From positions 7,903 to 71,902 of the IMG/VR virus record IMGVR_UViG_3300026076_000113: DNA of 64,000 nt; one strand, 5' to 3'. A program made the translations under genes and the position numbers. Positions 36,831 to 48,200 of this stretch are shown here, piece after piece (position 1 is the stretch's first letter; the number at the start of each line of letters is the position of its first letter). The stretch comes from a virus. Under the pieces are notes generated by a model. That model had not been told where the DNA came from. It worked only from the letters and a program-made list of their open reading frames with translations, and ran no database searches.

Positions 36831-39800
36831 TTAAGTCTTCATGATGTAGCAGAGAGCAAAGTACTTAGGCATAATGTTCATTGAACTTCCACTTCCAGCA
36901 CCTGTGGTGGACGCAGTTGATGTTCCTGTATTGGTACTGCCATTAGTACTGGTACTAGGTGATGCACTACCTGTGCTTCCACTACCACCACCAGTGGTTC
37001 CACTTATACTAACCGTTGTGTCATGAGTATGATCTTGACTGACTCCTAAAGTATCGAAGTAGTGTGCGTGAGTTCCTGCATCTCCAGTTGTAGCAGCAAC
37101 GTTACCCATGTTAGCATTTACTGCTTCAGTGTGATAGTCACCTGTGTATAGAGCACTGTGAGTAACATAACTGTGGTTATGAACACCAGCATCAGATGTG
37201 TTTCCACTGTGATGGTGGTTTTGACTTTGTACTCCACTGGTTCCAGTTCCTGATCCACTGAATGAGTGAGTGTGACTACCAATACTGTGAGTGTGACTGC
37301 CTACTGTATGACTGTGAGAAGGAATAGAGTGAGAGTGACTATTGACTGTATGAGTATGCGAAGGCATATTCGATGTCGATATAGTTACAGTTTCTTGACC
37401 ACCTGTATCTTCAGGATCGTAGGTGCTACCAGCACCAAGAACAAATCTATCTCTTAGGTCAGGAGTGTTGTTATTACCGTTACAGAGAACCCAACCACTA
37501 GGAATGTTACTTGCAGTACCAGACCACATTATGATACCACCAGAAGGGAATGAATCACCTCCAGTTGGTGTTTGATTAGTCCACTTACTAGTTCCATTAT
37601 CCCAAGCAAGAACTTGATCGTCTGCTGGAGAACCAGTAATTACAACGTCAGTTAAATCAGAAAGGATTTCAGCACCTGTAGGTGGAGTAGTCCATTCAAT
37701 CTCAGTACCAGTAGATTTTAGATACTGACCAGATGATCCAAGATCATTGTCTTTGTCAAATAGACCACCTTCAATTCTAATACCACCGTCATCAGTTGTT
37801 AATGCAAGAGCACCAGAATAGAATAGTTTAACTTGTCCTGTAGCAGGTTCACTAGTGAATGCATCAGCACCACCCATATGACGTAATTGAATATCACCAT
37901 ATGCTTGGAGTTGTATTGCTTTATTCCAGTTGTTGTTACCAGTTTGATGTTGGTTCTGGATAGCAAATACACCACCAGTACTTCTTACACAAGAAGTAGC
38001 ATTAGTGGAATGGAATAATTCCAACTCTCCACTAGCACCAATTTTCAAACCACCACCAGGACCAGTAGTTGTACTATCCTTCGCTAACTTCATCTCTCCA
38101 TCGAGAGTCAATACATGATCATTAGCATTAGTGGTAGAATCATACTTGAATTTAGAACTAGCAGCAAATCCAGCACTACCATCATTAAACTGGATCTCCA
38201 TAGCAGAACCAGCAGCAGATGTACCACCAGCACCTTGAGCGTCTGCTTGGTTAGTCCACTTACTTGTAGCGTTATCCCACTTAAGTACTTGACCAGATTG
38301 AGGTGATCCAGTAATAACAACGTCAGATAAATTTGCAATAACAGATGATGTTGTTAGATGAGCACTTAGATCTGGTGGAGTATATGAGAATACACCGTTA
38401 GTACTGTTATAAGAAATAGCACCATCACCAGATGCAGTCTGAGGTGATCCTACTGATAGACTTCCTAATGATATGAAACTACTAACATTAGGAGGAGTAT
38501 ATGTGAATACACCAGAAACATTATTATAAGATAGTCCTGCGGTTCCTGCTGAATTCTGAGTAACAGATAAAGCAGTTAATTGTATACCAGGAGTAACCTG
38601 ATTCTGCCATGAAGCAGCACCAGTAGCACCTCCACTAGTTAATATCTGACCATTTGATCCTACATCACCACCAACTCCAATCTGACCATCTTTACCAGCA
38701 CGGAATATTTCGTTTGCTGTACCACCACCACTATAGATTCTTACATCTCTTGGACTAGCATTATTTGATGAAGCATAGATTCCAAGTACACCAGTTCCAG
38801 CACCATCAGTATCATTAAAGATTTTTGCTACGTTGTTTCCAGTCTGAGTACCACTAATTAATATTTGACGATTTGCATCAATCTCAACTGCTTGTGTACC
38901 TTCTATATCAAAAGTAATTTTTCCTGTACCACCACCAGTATCAATTGTCTCTACTTTGGTATTGTTTTCTGCTATGTTGTCAGCATTACCACTACCTGTT
39001 GCATCAGGACCATTTTCCCAAGATGTACCATTATATTTTAATACGTGTCCATTTTGAGGACTAGAAATAGTTACATCAGCAAGTTCATTTACAGCAAGAC
39101 CAGTTATGTAACTACTAAGATCTGGAGGAGTATATGTGAATACACCAGTGGAGTTATTATATCCAAGTCCACCACCACCTGAAGCAGTAGCGTTAGAACC
39201 AACAGAGAATGCTGTTAAGTCTGTACTTACAGCAGAAAGATCTGGTGGAGTATATGAGAATACACCAGTACCAGTGTTATATGCTAATGCTGCTGTACCT
39301 GCTGCGTTAGTTGTTACAGAAAGATCTGCTAGTTGAACACCACCACCTGAAGCATCTGCTTTCGCAAATGACATTATCGCTCCTTTACCAGAAGCAATAG
39401 TTCCGTTAGCAGTAGCGTTAACTTTAAATCTAATCTTATCAGTAGCTACATCTGTAATATCAATATATGCTTTACAAAACTGAGATGTTTTATCTTTTCC
39501 TTGATGAAAGTGTCTTAAAGTATTATCTGTTGCTTGTGCAGCATTAGACCAGTTAGATCCAGTATCAGTAGTAGTTTCTATATAAATGTCAACTGTACTA
39601 GTCTCATAACCATTACCAGCACCACCACTTATGTTTCCAGATGATTGAAACTGTGCAGCAAAAGTTACTTCCCACTTACCAGTAGTAGGAAATGTCCAAA
39701 GTCCAGAACTATCAACAGACATTCCATTACCAAGCTTAGCAAATGGAGCAGCAGATCTAGCAGCAACAGAAGCACTTGTATTAGAATCGTTAACTATATT

Positions 39801-42095
39801 GTTAAGGATCTTTCTTCCATCTGCTGTTGCAATAGTTGGGTTTCCTTGACCATCCTGATCATCCTCAGAACTCATTCCTGTGGTCATTTCCCACTGATCA
39901 AGTTCTGCTACAACAGCAGCACTACCACCACTACCACCACCATCAGCAGCAGAGATCCATTTAGATGAACTATCATCCCACTTCAGTACATGTCCGTCTG
40001 TAGGGGTTCCAGCATTAACATCAGAAAGATCATTAAGAGCAGAAGAAGCAAGACTTACTGCTGTTAGGTATGTACTACTGTCAACAGAACCATCTGCTTT
40101 TAAGAATTGAGATGATGTTCCACCATCCTTTATAAATGAATCTCCAGTTATATCTCCAGATGATGTTATATCACCAGTGGATCCACTAATAGATGCTCTC
40201 CATACATTAGTGGCGAGATTACCAATATAAAGTCCAACACCATCAGCAGTATTGATTCCAACACCAGCAGTAGCATTTAAACTAATAGCATAGTTTCCAT
40301 TATTCTGTACATCAAACCTACCAGGGAAACTAGAAGTTCCAGTTAGGGTAATGTTTTTATCTGTAGTAGCACCTCTTCCAGCTACATCATCAAGTGTATC
40401 TGTTTCAGTATATGATTGTAGATAACCACTGAGATCTGGTGGAGTATATGTGAATACACCTGTAGTATCGTTGTAAGCAATTGCTCCATCACCAGAAGCA
40501 GATCCTTCAGAACCTACAGAAAGATCTGTCAATGCAATTCCACTAGTACCAGTAATAGTAAGTTCACCATTACCACCACCTTGTCCAAAGGTGATTCCAG
40601 TACCAGCTTTAAGATTTAATGTGTATGGAGTACCAGCACCATTATTTGTATAGATTATTTGAGATGTAGTTGCATTAGCATGGTTAAATGCAAGACTATT
40701 ATCTGCTGCTGGAGTAAATGTAAACTGACCAGTTAAATTGTTATATGATAATCCACCATTACCACTAGGTGAACCTTCAGTACCTACAGTAAGGTCTCCT
40801 AGTGCAATACCACCACCAGATCCACCACTGTCAAGAGCATTAACCCACTCAGTACCATCCCATTTTAAAATTTGATTAGTCTGTATAGCAGTGATATTAA
40901 CATTGCTAATATTCTCTATAGTTCTAGTCTTCCATTCTACAGTATTACCAGTTGAAGTTAATACCTGATCTGCTGTACCTATTGTACCAGTACTATCTTT
41001 CAGACCAGCATTATAGAAGTATAAACAACCATTGACTTTATCCCACCTAAGATACTCTGCACTAGCAGATTGGAATAAAGCATCACCATCAACTTCTAAT
41101 CCATCAGTGTCTAGTTGACCAATAACATCCAATCCAGAGTTATTAAGAGTAGCTCTCTTAGTTGAACCAGAAAAATAATCAAGTTGATCTGCTATTACAT
41201 CAAGACCACTATTATTTCCGTTGTATATAACTTTCGAACCAGCAGCATTATATCCAAGTGTTGCATAGGTTGATGTTCCAATTGAGAACTGTCCAGCATC
41301 AGAACATATTACACTACCTGCTGTTATATTTGTAGTAGTTACTGGATCTTGATCACAAACATCCTGAAGGTCTGGTATATTACCACCAGGTGCAATTGCT
41401 TTCCATGTAGTATTGGTTGCATCATATGTTAATACTTCTCCGTCTTGTGGAGCATCACCACCAATTAGACTTGTATCAGTTAAACCAATTAAAGTATGAG
41501 TATGAGATGGTAGTCCAGTTAAGTAACTACTTAGATCTGGTGGAGTATATGTTAGTACACCTGTACTAGCATTGTATGAAAGAGCTGCTGTACCAACAGA
41601 ATTTTGAGTAACAGATATATCTGCTAATGTTATGAAAGTACTGACATCCTGTGGTGTAAATGAAAATACACCAGTGGTGTTATTATAACCTAAACTTGAA
41701 CCACCAGCACTAGGAGTGTTGTTAGTTACCTGTATATCTGTTAGAGCAATCCAGTTTGCAGAGTTATCTGTTACTACACTATAGTTACCAGAACCATCAG
41801 TCTTCATCAGACCAGCACTAGGGAAGTCTGCATCCTGAATAGCATCACCAATTGAGGTGATAAAATTACTTAAATCGGGTGGTGTGTATACGATCTGACC
41901 AGTAGAGTTATCGTATACTAAGTTACCTCCAGCAGCAGCAGAGTTAACAACAGCACTTATATCTGTCAGAGTAATGTAAGTAGCATTCAGACCAATCTGA
42001 GTACCACTGAAAGTATGAAGGTCGTAACCTATTTCATTAATCTTCTGTCTTTGTACCTCGAAGGTATCAGACTTATTTACTATGACTTGTGCCAT
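36831..42095 (-). CDS. Long tail fibre (1754 aa) with collar domain and His-rich needle tip
   Basis: N-terminal V.KSDTFE.QR.KIN anchor; about 9 YxxxTGVF(T/S)YTPPDLS repeats; L.DV.I.....GQVLKWD repeats; collar PSGGIIMWSG...IPSGWVLCNG.N.TPDLRDRFVLG; 9 HxH motifs; C-terminal P.YFALCYIMK. Confidence 0.9.
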   Translation of the reverse strand: MAQVIVNKSDTFEVQRQKINEIGYDLHTFSGTQIGLNATYITLTDISAVVNSAAAGGNLVYDNSTGQIVYTPPDLSNFITSIGDAIQDADFPSAGLMKTDGSGNYSVVTDNSANWIALTDIQVTNNTPSAGGSSLGYNNTTGVFSFTPQDVSTFITLADISVTQNSVGTAALSYNASTGVLTYTPPDLSSYLTGLPSHTHTLIGLTDTSLIGGDAPQDGEVLTYDATNTTWKAIAPGGNIPDLQDVCDQDPVTTTNITAGSVICSDAGQFSIGTSTYATLGYNAAGSKVIYNGNNSGLDVIADQLDYFSGSTKRATLNNSGLDVIGQLDTDGLEVDGDALFQSASAEYLRWDKVNGCLYFYNAGLKDSTGTIGTADQVLTSTGNTVEWKTRTIENISNVNITAIQTNQILKWDGTEWVNALDSGGSGGGIALGDLTVGTEGSPSGNGGLSYNNLTGQFTFTPAADNSLAFNHANATTSQIIYTNNGAGTPYTLNLKAGTGITFGQGGGNGELTITGTSGIALTDLSVGSEGSASGDGAIAYNDTTGVFTYTPPDLSGYLQSYTETDTLDDVAGRGATTDKNITLTGTSSFPGRFDVQNNGNYAISLNATAGVGINTADGVGLYIGNLATNVWRASISGSTGDITSSGDITGDSFIKDGGTSSQFLKADGSVDSSTYLTAVSLASSALNDLSDVNAGTPTDGHVLKWDDSSSKWISAADGGGSGGSAAVVAELDQWEMTTGMSSEDDQDGQGNPTIATADGRKILNNIVNDSNTSASVAARSAAPFAKLGNGMSVDSSGLWTFPTTGKWEVTFAAQFQSSGNISGGAGNGYETSTVDIYIETTTDTGSNWSNAAQATDNTLRHFHQGKDKTSQFCKAYIDITDVATDKIRFKVNATANGTIASGKGAIMSFAKADASGGGVQLADLSVTTNAAGTAALAYNTGTGVFSYTPPDLSAVSTDLTAFSVGSNATASGGGGLGYNNSTGVFTYTPPDLSSYITGLAVNELADVTISSPQNGHVLKYNGTSWENGPDATGSGNADNIAENNTKVETIDTGGGTGKITFDIEGTQAVEIDANRQILISGTQTGNNVAKIFNDTDGAGTGVLGIYASSNNASPRDVRIYSGGGTANEIFRAGKDGQIGVGGDVGSNGQILTSGGATGAASWQNQVTPGIQLTALSVTQNSAGTAGLSYNNVSGVFTYTPPNVSSFISLGSLSVGSPQTASGDGAISYNSTNGVFSYTPPDLSAHLTTSSVIANLSDVVITGSPQSGQVLKWDNATSKWTNQADAQGAGGTSAAGSAMEIQFNDGSAGFAASSKFKYDSTTNANDHVLTLDGEMKLAKDSTTTGPGGGLKIGASGELELFHSTNATSCVRSTGGVFAIQNQHQTGNNNWNKAIQLQAYGDIQLRHMGGADAFTSEPATGQVKLFYSGALALTTDDGGIRIEGGLFDKDNDLGSSGQYLKSTGTEIEWTTPPTGAEILSDLTDVVITGSPADDQVLAWDNGTSKWTNQTPTGGDSFPSGGIIMWSGTASNIPSGWVLCNGNNNTPDLRDRFVLGAGSTYDPEDTGGQETVTISTSNMPSHTHTVNSHSHSIPSHSHTVGSHTHSIGSHTHSFSGSGTGTSGVQSQNHHHSGNTSDAGVHNHSYVTHSALYTGDYHTEAVNANMGNVAATTGDAGTHAHYFDTLGVSQDHTHDTTVSISGTTGGGSGSTGSASPSTSTNGSTNTGTSTASTTGAGSGSSMNIMPKYFALCYIMKT
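38368..41561 (-). repeat. Dispersed 29-nt near-identical repeats agatctgg(t/a)ggagtatatg(t/a)gaatacacc encoding GVFxYTPPDL
   Basis: Copies at 38368, 39118, 39238, 40432 and 41533 (slightly diverged), plus a partial copy at 38491. Confidence 0.85.
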
Positions 42096-42294
42096 TACTT
42101 TCTATCAATTGTTTTAGTAGGGTCTTGAGTTCACTAAGTTCACCTTTAACATAATCCAATTCATGCTCCATACTCCGTTGTTTGTTTCTGGATGCTTTGT
42201 ATTTGGCAAATGAAGACCTATCGGTATTTATTATTGCACCTGTATTTACATCACGATATAAATGATCTTGGTCTTTAACCTTCAAATGATTCAT
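42073..42294 (-). CDS. Small hypothetical protein (73 aa)
   Basis: KV.....LYRD..TGAIIN.D followed by a coiled coil; coupled to both neighbours. Confidence 0.75.
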   Translation of the reverse strand: MNHLKVKDQDHLYRDVNTGAIINTDRSSFAKYKASRNKQRSMEHELDYVKGELSELKTLLKQLIESNGTSHSK

Positions 42295-45200
42295 TAGTAT
42301 GAAGCAACTGCCCTCATGTCCTGAATCTTAGGAACGAATGCAGGGTTATTAGACTTCATCACAATCTTAACTGCATAAGAAGAAAACTCAGGTAGATTTT
42401 CTATGCTGTAAGATAGTTCCTGATATGAAGACTGTTTCTCTGTAATACCACTAATAGCATTTTCAGAAGAAGCAATAGTATCTACATCAGGTTCACCTGC
42501 TTCATTAAAGTATATCCATTCAATGTCTTCAAAGTTCTCCTGTGAAGAAGACTTCTTAATCTTATAAAGAATCATAAGATTCTTAGTATCAGTAACATTA
42601 GCAGTAAGTTTTACATCGATAGATGTAGCAGGATTCTCAATAGCAACCTCCTTAGTTACATACTTAGAAATTCCAGAACTATTCTTAGATTGAGTTTCTC
42701 TAATAAAGTCAACACCATCCTCATAAGAGACTTTTGCAATTTCAATGAAACTTGCTTCGTCAACTGGTTGATTAGGATATGATATTAAATCACCAACTCT
42801 AAAGATGTCATTTAACTGATCATCTACATTAGCATTTCTATCGAAACTACTACTATCAATAAGTCTTCCAGTATAATCATTATTAATTGGTTGCTTATCA
42901 TTAACAGTAGTTAATTCACCAGCCTTACTGTTCCACAATACTATCTTACCAGAAATCTTATTGTCATATGTCTGAGCAACAACTGATGGATTTCTTGCAG
43001 TCACATATGTTGGTGGTGATGTAGTATTTGGTATATCAAATGCAAATTTAACAAGACCATCTGTACCAACAGTAATAGTACCAGTAAATGATTGACCACT
43101 AAAGGTTACTGTTTCTCCAGCAACAAATGTGTTAACAGTATTAACTTTAACATATACAGTACTACCATCAACCTTAACAATAGTACCTTCTGCTTTAGAA
43201 GTAACACCAACAAGAGTTTGGTTATTATTAATTACTTCAGCACCTTGAAGACCAGATGCAGTGAATGAAAATACTGGTAAGAAAGTTACAACTTGATTCC
43301 TTCTACCATAACGATCTTCTGAACCTTTAGCAGCTTCAATACGGTTAGTAATAGTCTTAACAGATGCTCTTGAAAGATCAATAACTGGTGACAGATGTGT
43401 AACAGTACTTGAAAGATCTAACTTATATGTTAGTGAATTGTCAATACTATTAGCAGTTTCATTAATCTTAGAAGCAACAATCTTCTGATTGATGAAATAG
43501 AAGTCTTCATTCAAGAATGTCTTTTCATAATCTGTTTGTGAATATGAAACGAAAGTACCTACATTATCATCTATTGGTGAAACATTAGTTGTCTTAACAA
43601 AACTATCAATCTTAGTCTGACTAAAGGTTAGATTAGATATAGAAGCAAATAGTTTTTCAAACTTTCTGTTGTATGTTGCTAGTACATTTGTACCACCACC
43701 AAAGGAATTACCAGATGCTCTAGTAGATCCAGTGATGTTATAATAATCAACACCAGTGTTAGAAACCTTATAAAGATTGCTGTTTATTGATGAGGCAGTT
43801 ACACCACCAACATCTTCTGCATTCTTGAAGTAAACCCATGACTTATCAATATCAAAACCATTGTCTCTATGGTTAACTTTAACAACATAATTGTTATTCT
43901 TGAATAGTGTTGATGTAGCAGTAGTATTTGCTTCTGCATTAGTTTCAATAGGATGATGGTCAAGTGCTTCAAATCCTAGATCATCATTAGCAAGTAGTAG
44001 ACTTGCAGTTCTACTAATATCAAACTCTGCACGGTTCAATACAAACTTAACATCTTCAAATAGATCCTCAGTCCAATCACCTGTATTCTGTGATCTGAAT
44101 AGTGAACCTAAAGCAGGTTGTGTTGTAACAATTTGACTTGTAGCAACTTCAACTCCACCTAACTTAGAAGACCATAATTCATAGTCAACTGAATCTGTCT
44201 CGATAGCAAGAGCATACTCAGTATCATTCTCAAGATATACAGGGAAGTCAAATCCAAACTTAGTAGGAGTTATAGATTGTGTTTCTCCTGTCTCATCAAT
44301 AGCAATACCCATTCTAACTGCTGGAGTATCAATAGTAATTTCAGATTCAATCTGAGCACCAGCATTACCAGAACCTGTTCCTCTAAGAACAATAGATGGT
44401 GGTTCAGTATAACCAGAACCAGCAAGTGTCATTTCTGCATCATATACAAGACCTTGAGAAACTCTAACTGTAGCAGTAGCATTACCACCACCAGGAAGTT
44501 GAGGACTTTCAATTGTAATGATTGCAGATTCGTAACCACTACCTGTATTAGCAACATTCAATCCAGTTACACGACCAGAATCTTTAGCAATAGTCAATGT
44601 GAACTGTGTATTATTAGCATTATTAGCTTGTGTAATAGATGTAACGTTTAATAGTTCATCTTGTACAAAGTTCTTACCGTTGTTGTTATCCAAGACAACT
44701 GTATACACCTGATCATTCGTAAGTGTGAATAAACCTGTTGTACTAGCAACAATCTCAATATTATTCTTATCAATCACTTTACTGACAGGACCAGAAGCAT
44801 TTGATTTGGATCCAGTTACCTTCTCACCTTTAGTAATCGTAAGTGTATCACTTGAGACTACTTTTAAGAATGTCTCAGGTGTCAATACTTTCTGAGTACC
44901 AGGAATAATGTTCTTACCTGGTTTTCCACTGACAACATCAGTTAGATAAACTCTCAATGGAATGTTATCACTCTTCTTATTAAAGAATAGATCTAGACTT
45001 GTTACAAATACACCACCATCATATCCATCAACCTTAAATGTCTGAGCGAATGGATTTGGTCTAATAGGATTCTCTGTGTTACTACCTACAATCTGTGTAC
45101 CTTCATTTGCTTTAAAGAATGCAGGTCTTGTGGATATAATAGAAGATGGATTCTCTGGTACTATACCAGTAGCATAGAATTTCACTTCAGCGAATGTTTC

Positions 45201-48200
45201 TACAGACTCTGTTTCAGCATCTGTTGAACTAGAAGTAAATCTAATTGTCTTAACACCTGTACTGAACCTTAATTCATCTGCATCCGAATCATATGATACA
45301 GTATCAACACTACCAGTCCATACAGCATTCTCTCTAGGTGGAATACCAGCAGGAACAAGAATAACACCACTAGCATTACCATTATTATCTGTAGTAATAG
45401 AACCATTAAATGCTGACAATGAGTTAGCAGCAATACCAGTATACTTAAGGTCAGGGTTTACCCATCTACCAATGTCTCTACCTTCCATAAAGACATAGAC
45501 TTTTGTATTTGGTTTTAGTCTATTAATTTTAAACTTAACAGGAATACTTCTAGCAAAATATGACAATGATGTAGCAACAACATTTGATCCTACACCTTTA
45601 GTTACTAGTCCCTTACCAACTTCGTTGTTCTGTGGACTAATATTAGAAGAAGTTCCTACACTAGCAGTAGCAACATTAGAATCAGCAATGTTAGAATTAA
45701 CTTCTGCAAATGATCCAATATTATAGAATGCTTGGTTAGCACCTATCCAATTAACTTTATATGAATTATAAAGACTTGAGAATGCTTCTTTTAGATTTTC
45801 CTTAGCAAGGAATATAGAGTATAGATTAGTATTGTTATCTGTTACTAGAGGTTCAACACTAGTATCATACCAAGAATCTACATTAGGTCCAATAAAGGAA
45901 TCACCAACATATTGAAGAACAACAAATGGGTTAGGATTAACTGTATCTGTAGCAAAGTTATTTCCTAATAGTTCTAATTCGTGATATGGTAGAGTAACTA
46001 CATCACCAGTCTTTTGGTAACCAGAAACAGATCTTTGATCATCTCTAGTATTAACTTCAACTAGACCAATAGAATCTTCTTTTGCTTGTGAACGTAATAC
46101 AGATTGTTGTGTATCAATAGAACACTTATAATCTAGTGACTTTAAGGATCCAATCCTATGAGTCTCAAAATTGTCCACAATGAAACCACTCTTAAAGCGA
46201 TTAACACCAGCAGAATCAGTGATCTGCATATTCAGTGCTTGTTGCTCAAGAATGCTTAACGTTGTGTAATATTCTAGTCTCTCAATACGTTTCTCCAACT
46301 TACCAATGTCACGCATTGTGTAACGACGGTTATCGACTGGAGTAATCCTTACATCCTTACCTGTTTGTGTGAATGCAGGGATGTACATATAGTACAACGC
46401 AATAGCATCACTAATAACATCTGGTTTAGATGGGTTGAGTGAAGAGTTACCTTGCTTAACAATAAATTGACCTTTCTTATTCAAGAACAATCCATCAATC
46501 CTATCAAGGTATTGTGTCTGTGTGAATGAGAATGTATATTCAAGATTTGAATCTGGTGCAGGTGTACTAGAAACAATACCACCAGTTCCAGTAAATGATC
46601 TACTGTTAGGTGCAGACAACAATGATGTATTCTGATATCCACCTATGATTGCATCATTATCAACTTTAGGTCTAAAGTCTAGAACATCCTTAAGTGATAC
46701 TTTTCCAAGTACAGGTGAGTTGAATGAAGGAATCTCTTCTGGACCAACACCTGCTTCATGTAAATATGAATCAACAGTAATGAAATCACCAGAAGTATGA
46801 TCAAAGTAATCAAAAGCAATTACTAGTTGACCTACTGGTGCTTCAAAACCAGGTTTAATAACAAGTCTAGAAATATCATATATGGTATCTCTCTGACCAT
46901 CATCAAATGTAAACCTATTGGTAACATCAGTACCAGTAACAAGGTTACCTGCTTTATCTACTACAGGTGGTGTTGATGAAGATCCTTCATAAACATACTT
47001 TAAATTAAATGCATCAGCATAACTGTATACATCTAGAGACTCAGTATCATAGTCTCTACCTCTGAAAGGTATAACTTTATCTCCAGCAGACTCAACAATA
47101 ATTCTCTTATTTAAGTTTGCTGTCTTAAGTCTTGGTTTTGCCTTAGTAACTTCAAGTGTAGCAGTTAGTTTAAGTGTTGGATATGTTGTATAAGAAGCAG
47201 ATCCAAAGTAACCAGCAGGTAAATTCAACTTAACACTACCAGATGTCAAACCACTAGCAGCATCAGTAGATGCCTTTATCTCAACTTGATCTGAAGTAAT
47301 ATAAACTACATCACCAGCAGCAACATCAGGAGCATCACCTGGATCAAGAATTGTGATTAGGAAGTTGCTCTCACTAAATGATACAAATCTTTGAGTTCCA
47401 AATGGGAGTTGAGCAGCAAAAGTAATAGAACCAGAACCACCAGAACCAGTAGATATAAAGTCTCTCCTGAGATAGTAGGTAATCTTGGAATCATCAGAAT
47501 TAGCAACAATAGAACTTATTTGATTAGAACCAGTCTTGTATAATAGAGTTCCTTGATTGAAATTCTCAATAGATGGTCTTACTCTAACAACACTAGCATT
47601 AGTAACAGTGTTAGGTAGTGATCTATCTAAGTAAATTCTTGATTTGTATACACCAGCAGGTTTTGTTGATTGTTGTACAACACCTCTTACAAGATTTCCA
47701 GTGTCATCTGTAAACTGAATTAAATCTCCATGAATAACAAATGTTGTTGCATCTCCACCAAATCCTGTACACTCAATATACTTCCTTCCTTTGTTTCCAC
47801 TGAAAGTAAAATCAGTTACTGAAACAACCTCAGAATACTTCTCTTTGTTAATCTCAATATCTGCTGTGAATGTATTAGCATTACCAGATCCAAATTGAGA
47901 GTAGAATGACTTAACATTCTGTGGAGTATATGTTGTAATAGCATTCCTTACCAATACTGGAGTTACAACAGCAGAACTAGTAGCACCAGCATCAATAATT
48001 TCAACTAATGGTGGTTGAGAATATTCAACTAAAGCAGCATCTCTATCAAGAATACTAACTCTCCATACTAATTGGTCACCACTAACATCAACTTTAATCT
48101 TAGAGTTATCATATTCAACACCATCAATTCTAATTGTTGCTGTAGATGAATGATTTGCACCTCTACTATTAACAATGAAATGTGATATTGTATTATCTTT

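Noticed and set aside
28541-42095. Diversity-generating retroelement or CRISPR-like array suggested by DNA repeats
   Set aside because: No reverse transcriptase in the window, no template/variable pair with adenine-specific differences seen, and the repeats are in-frame coding units without regular unique spacers.
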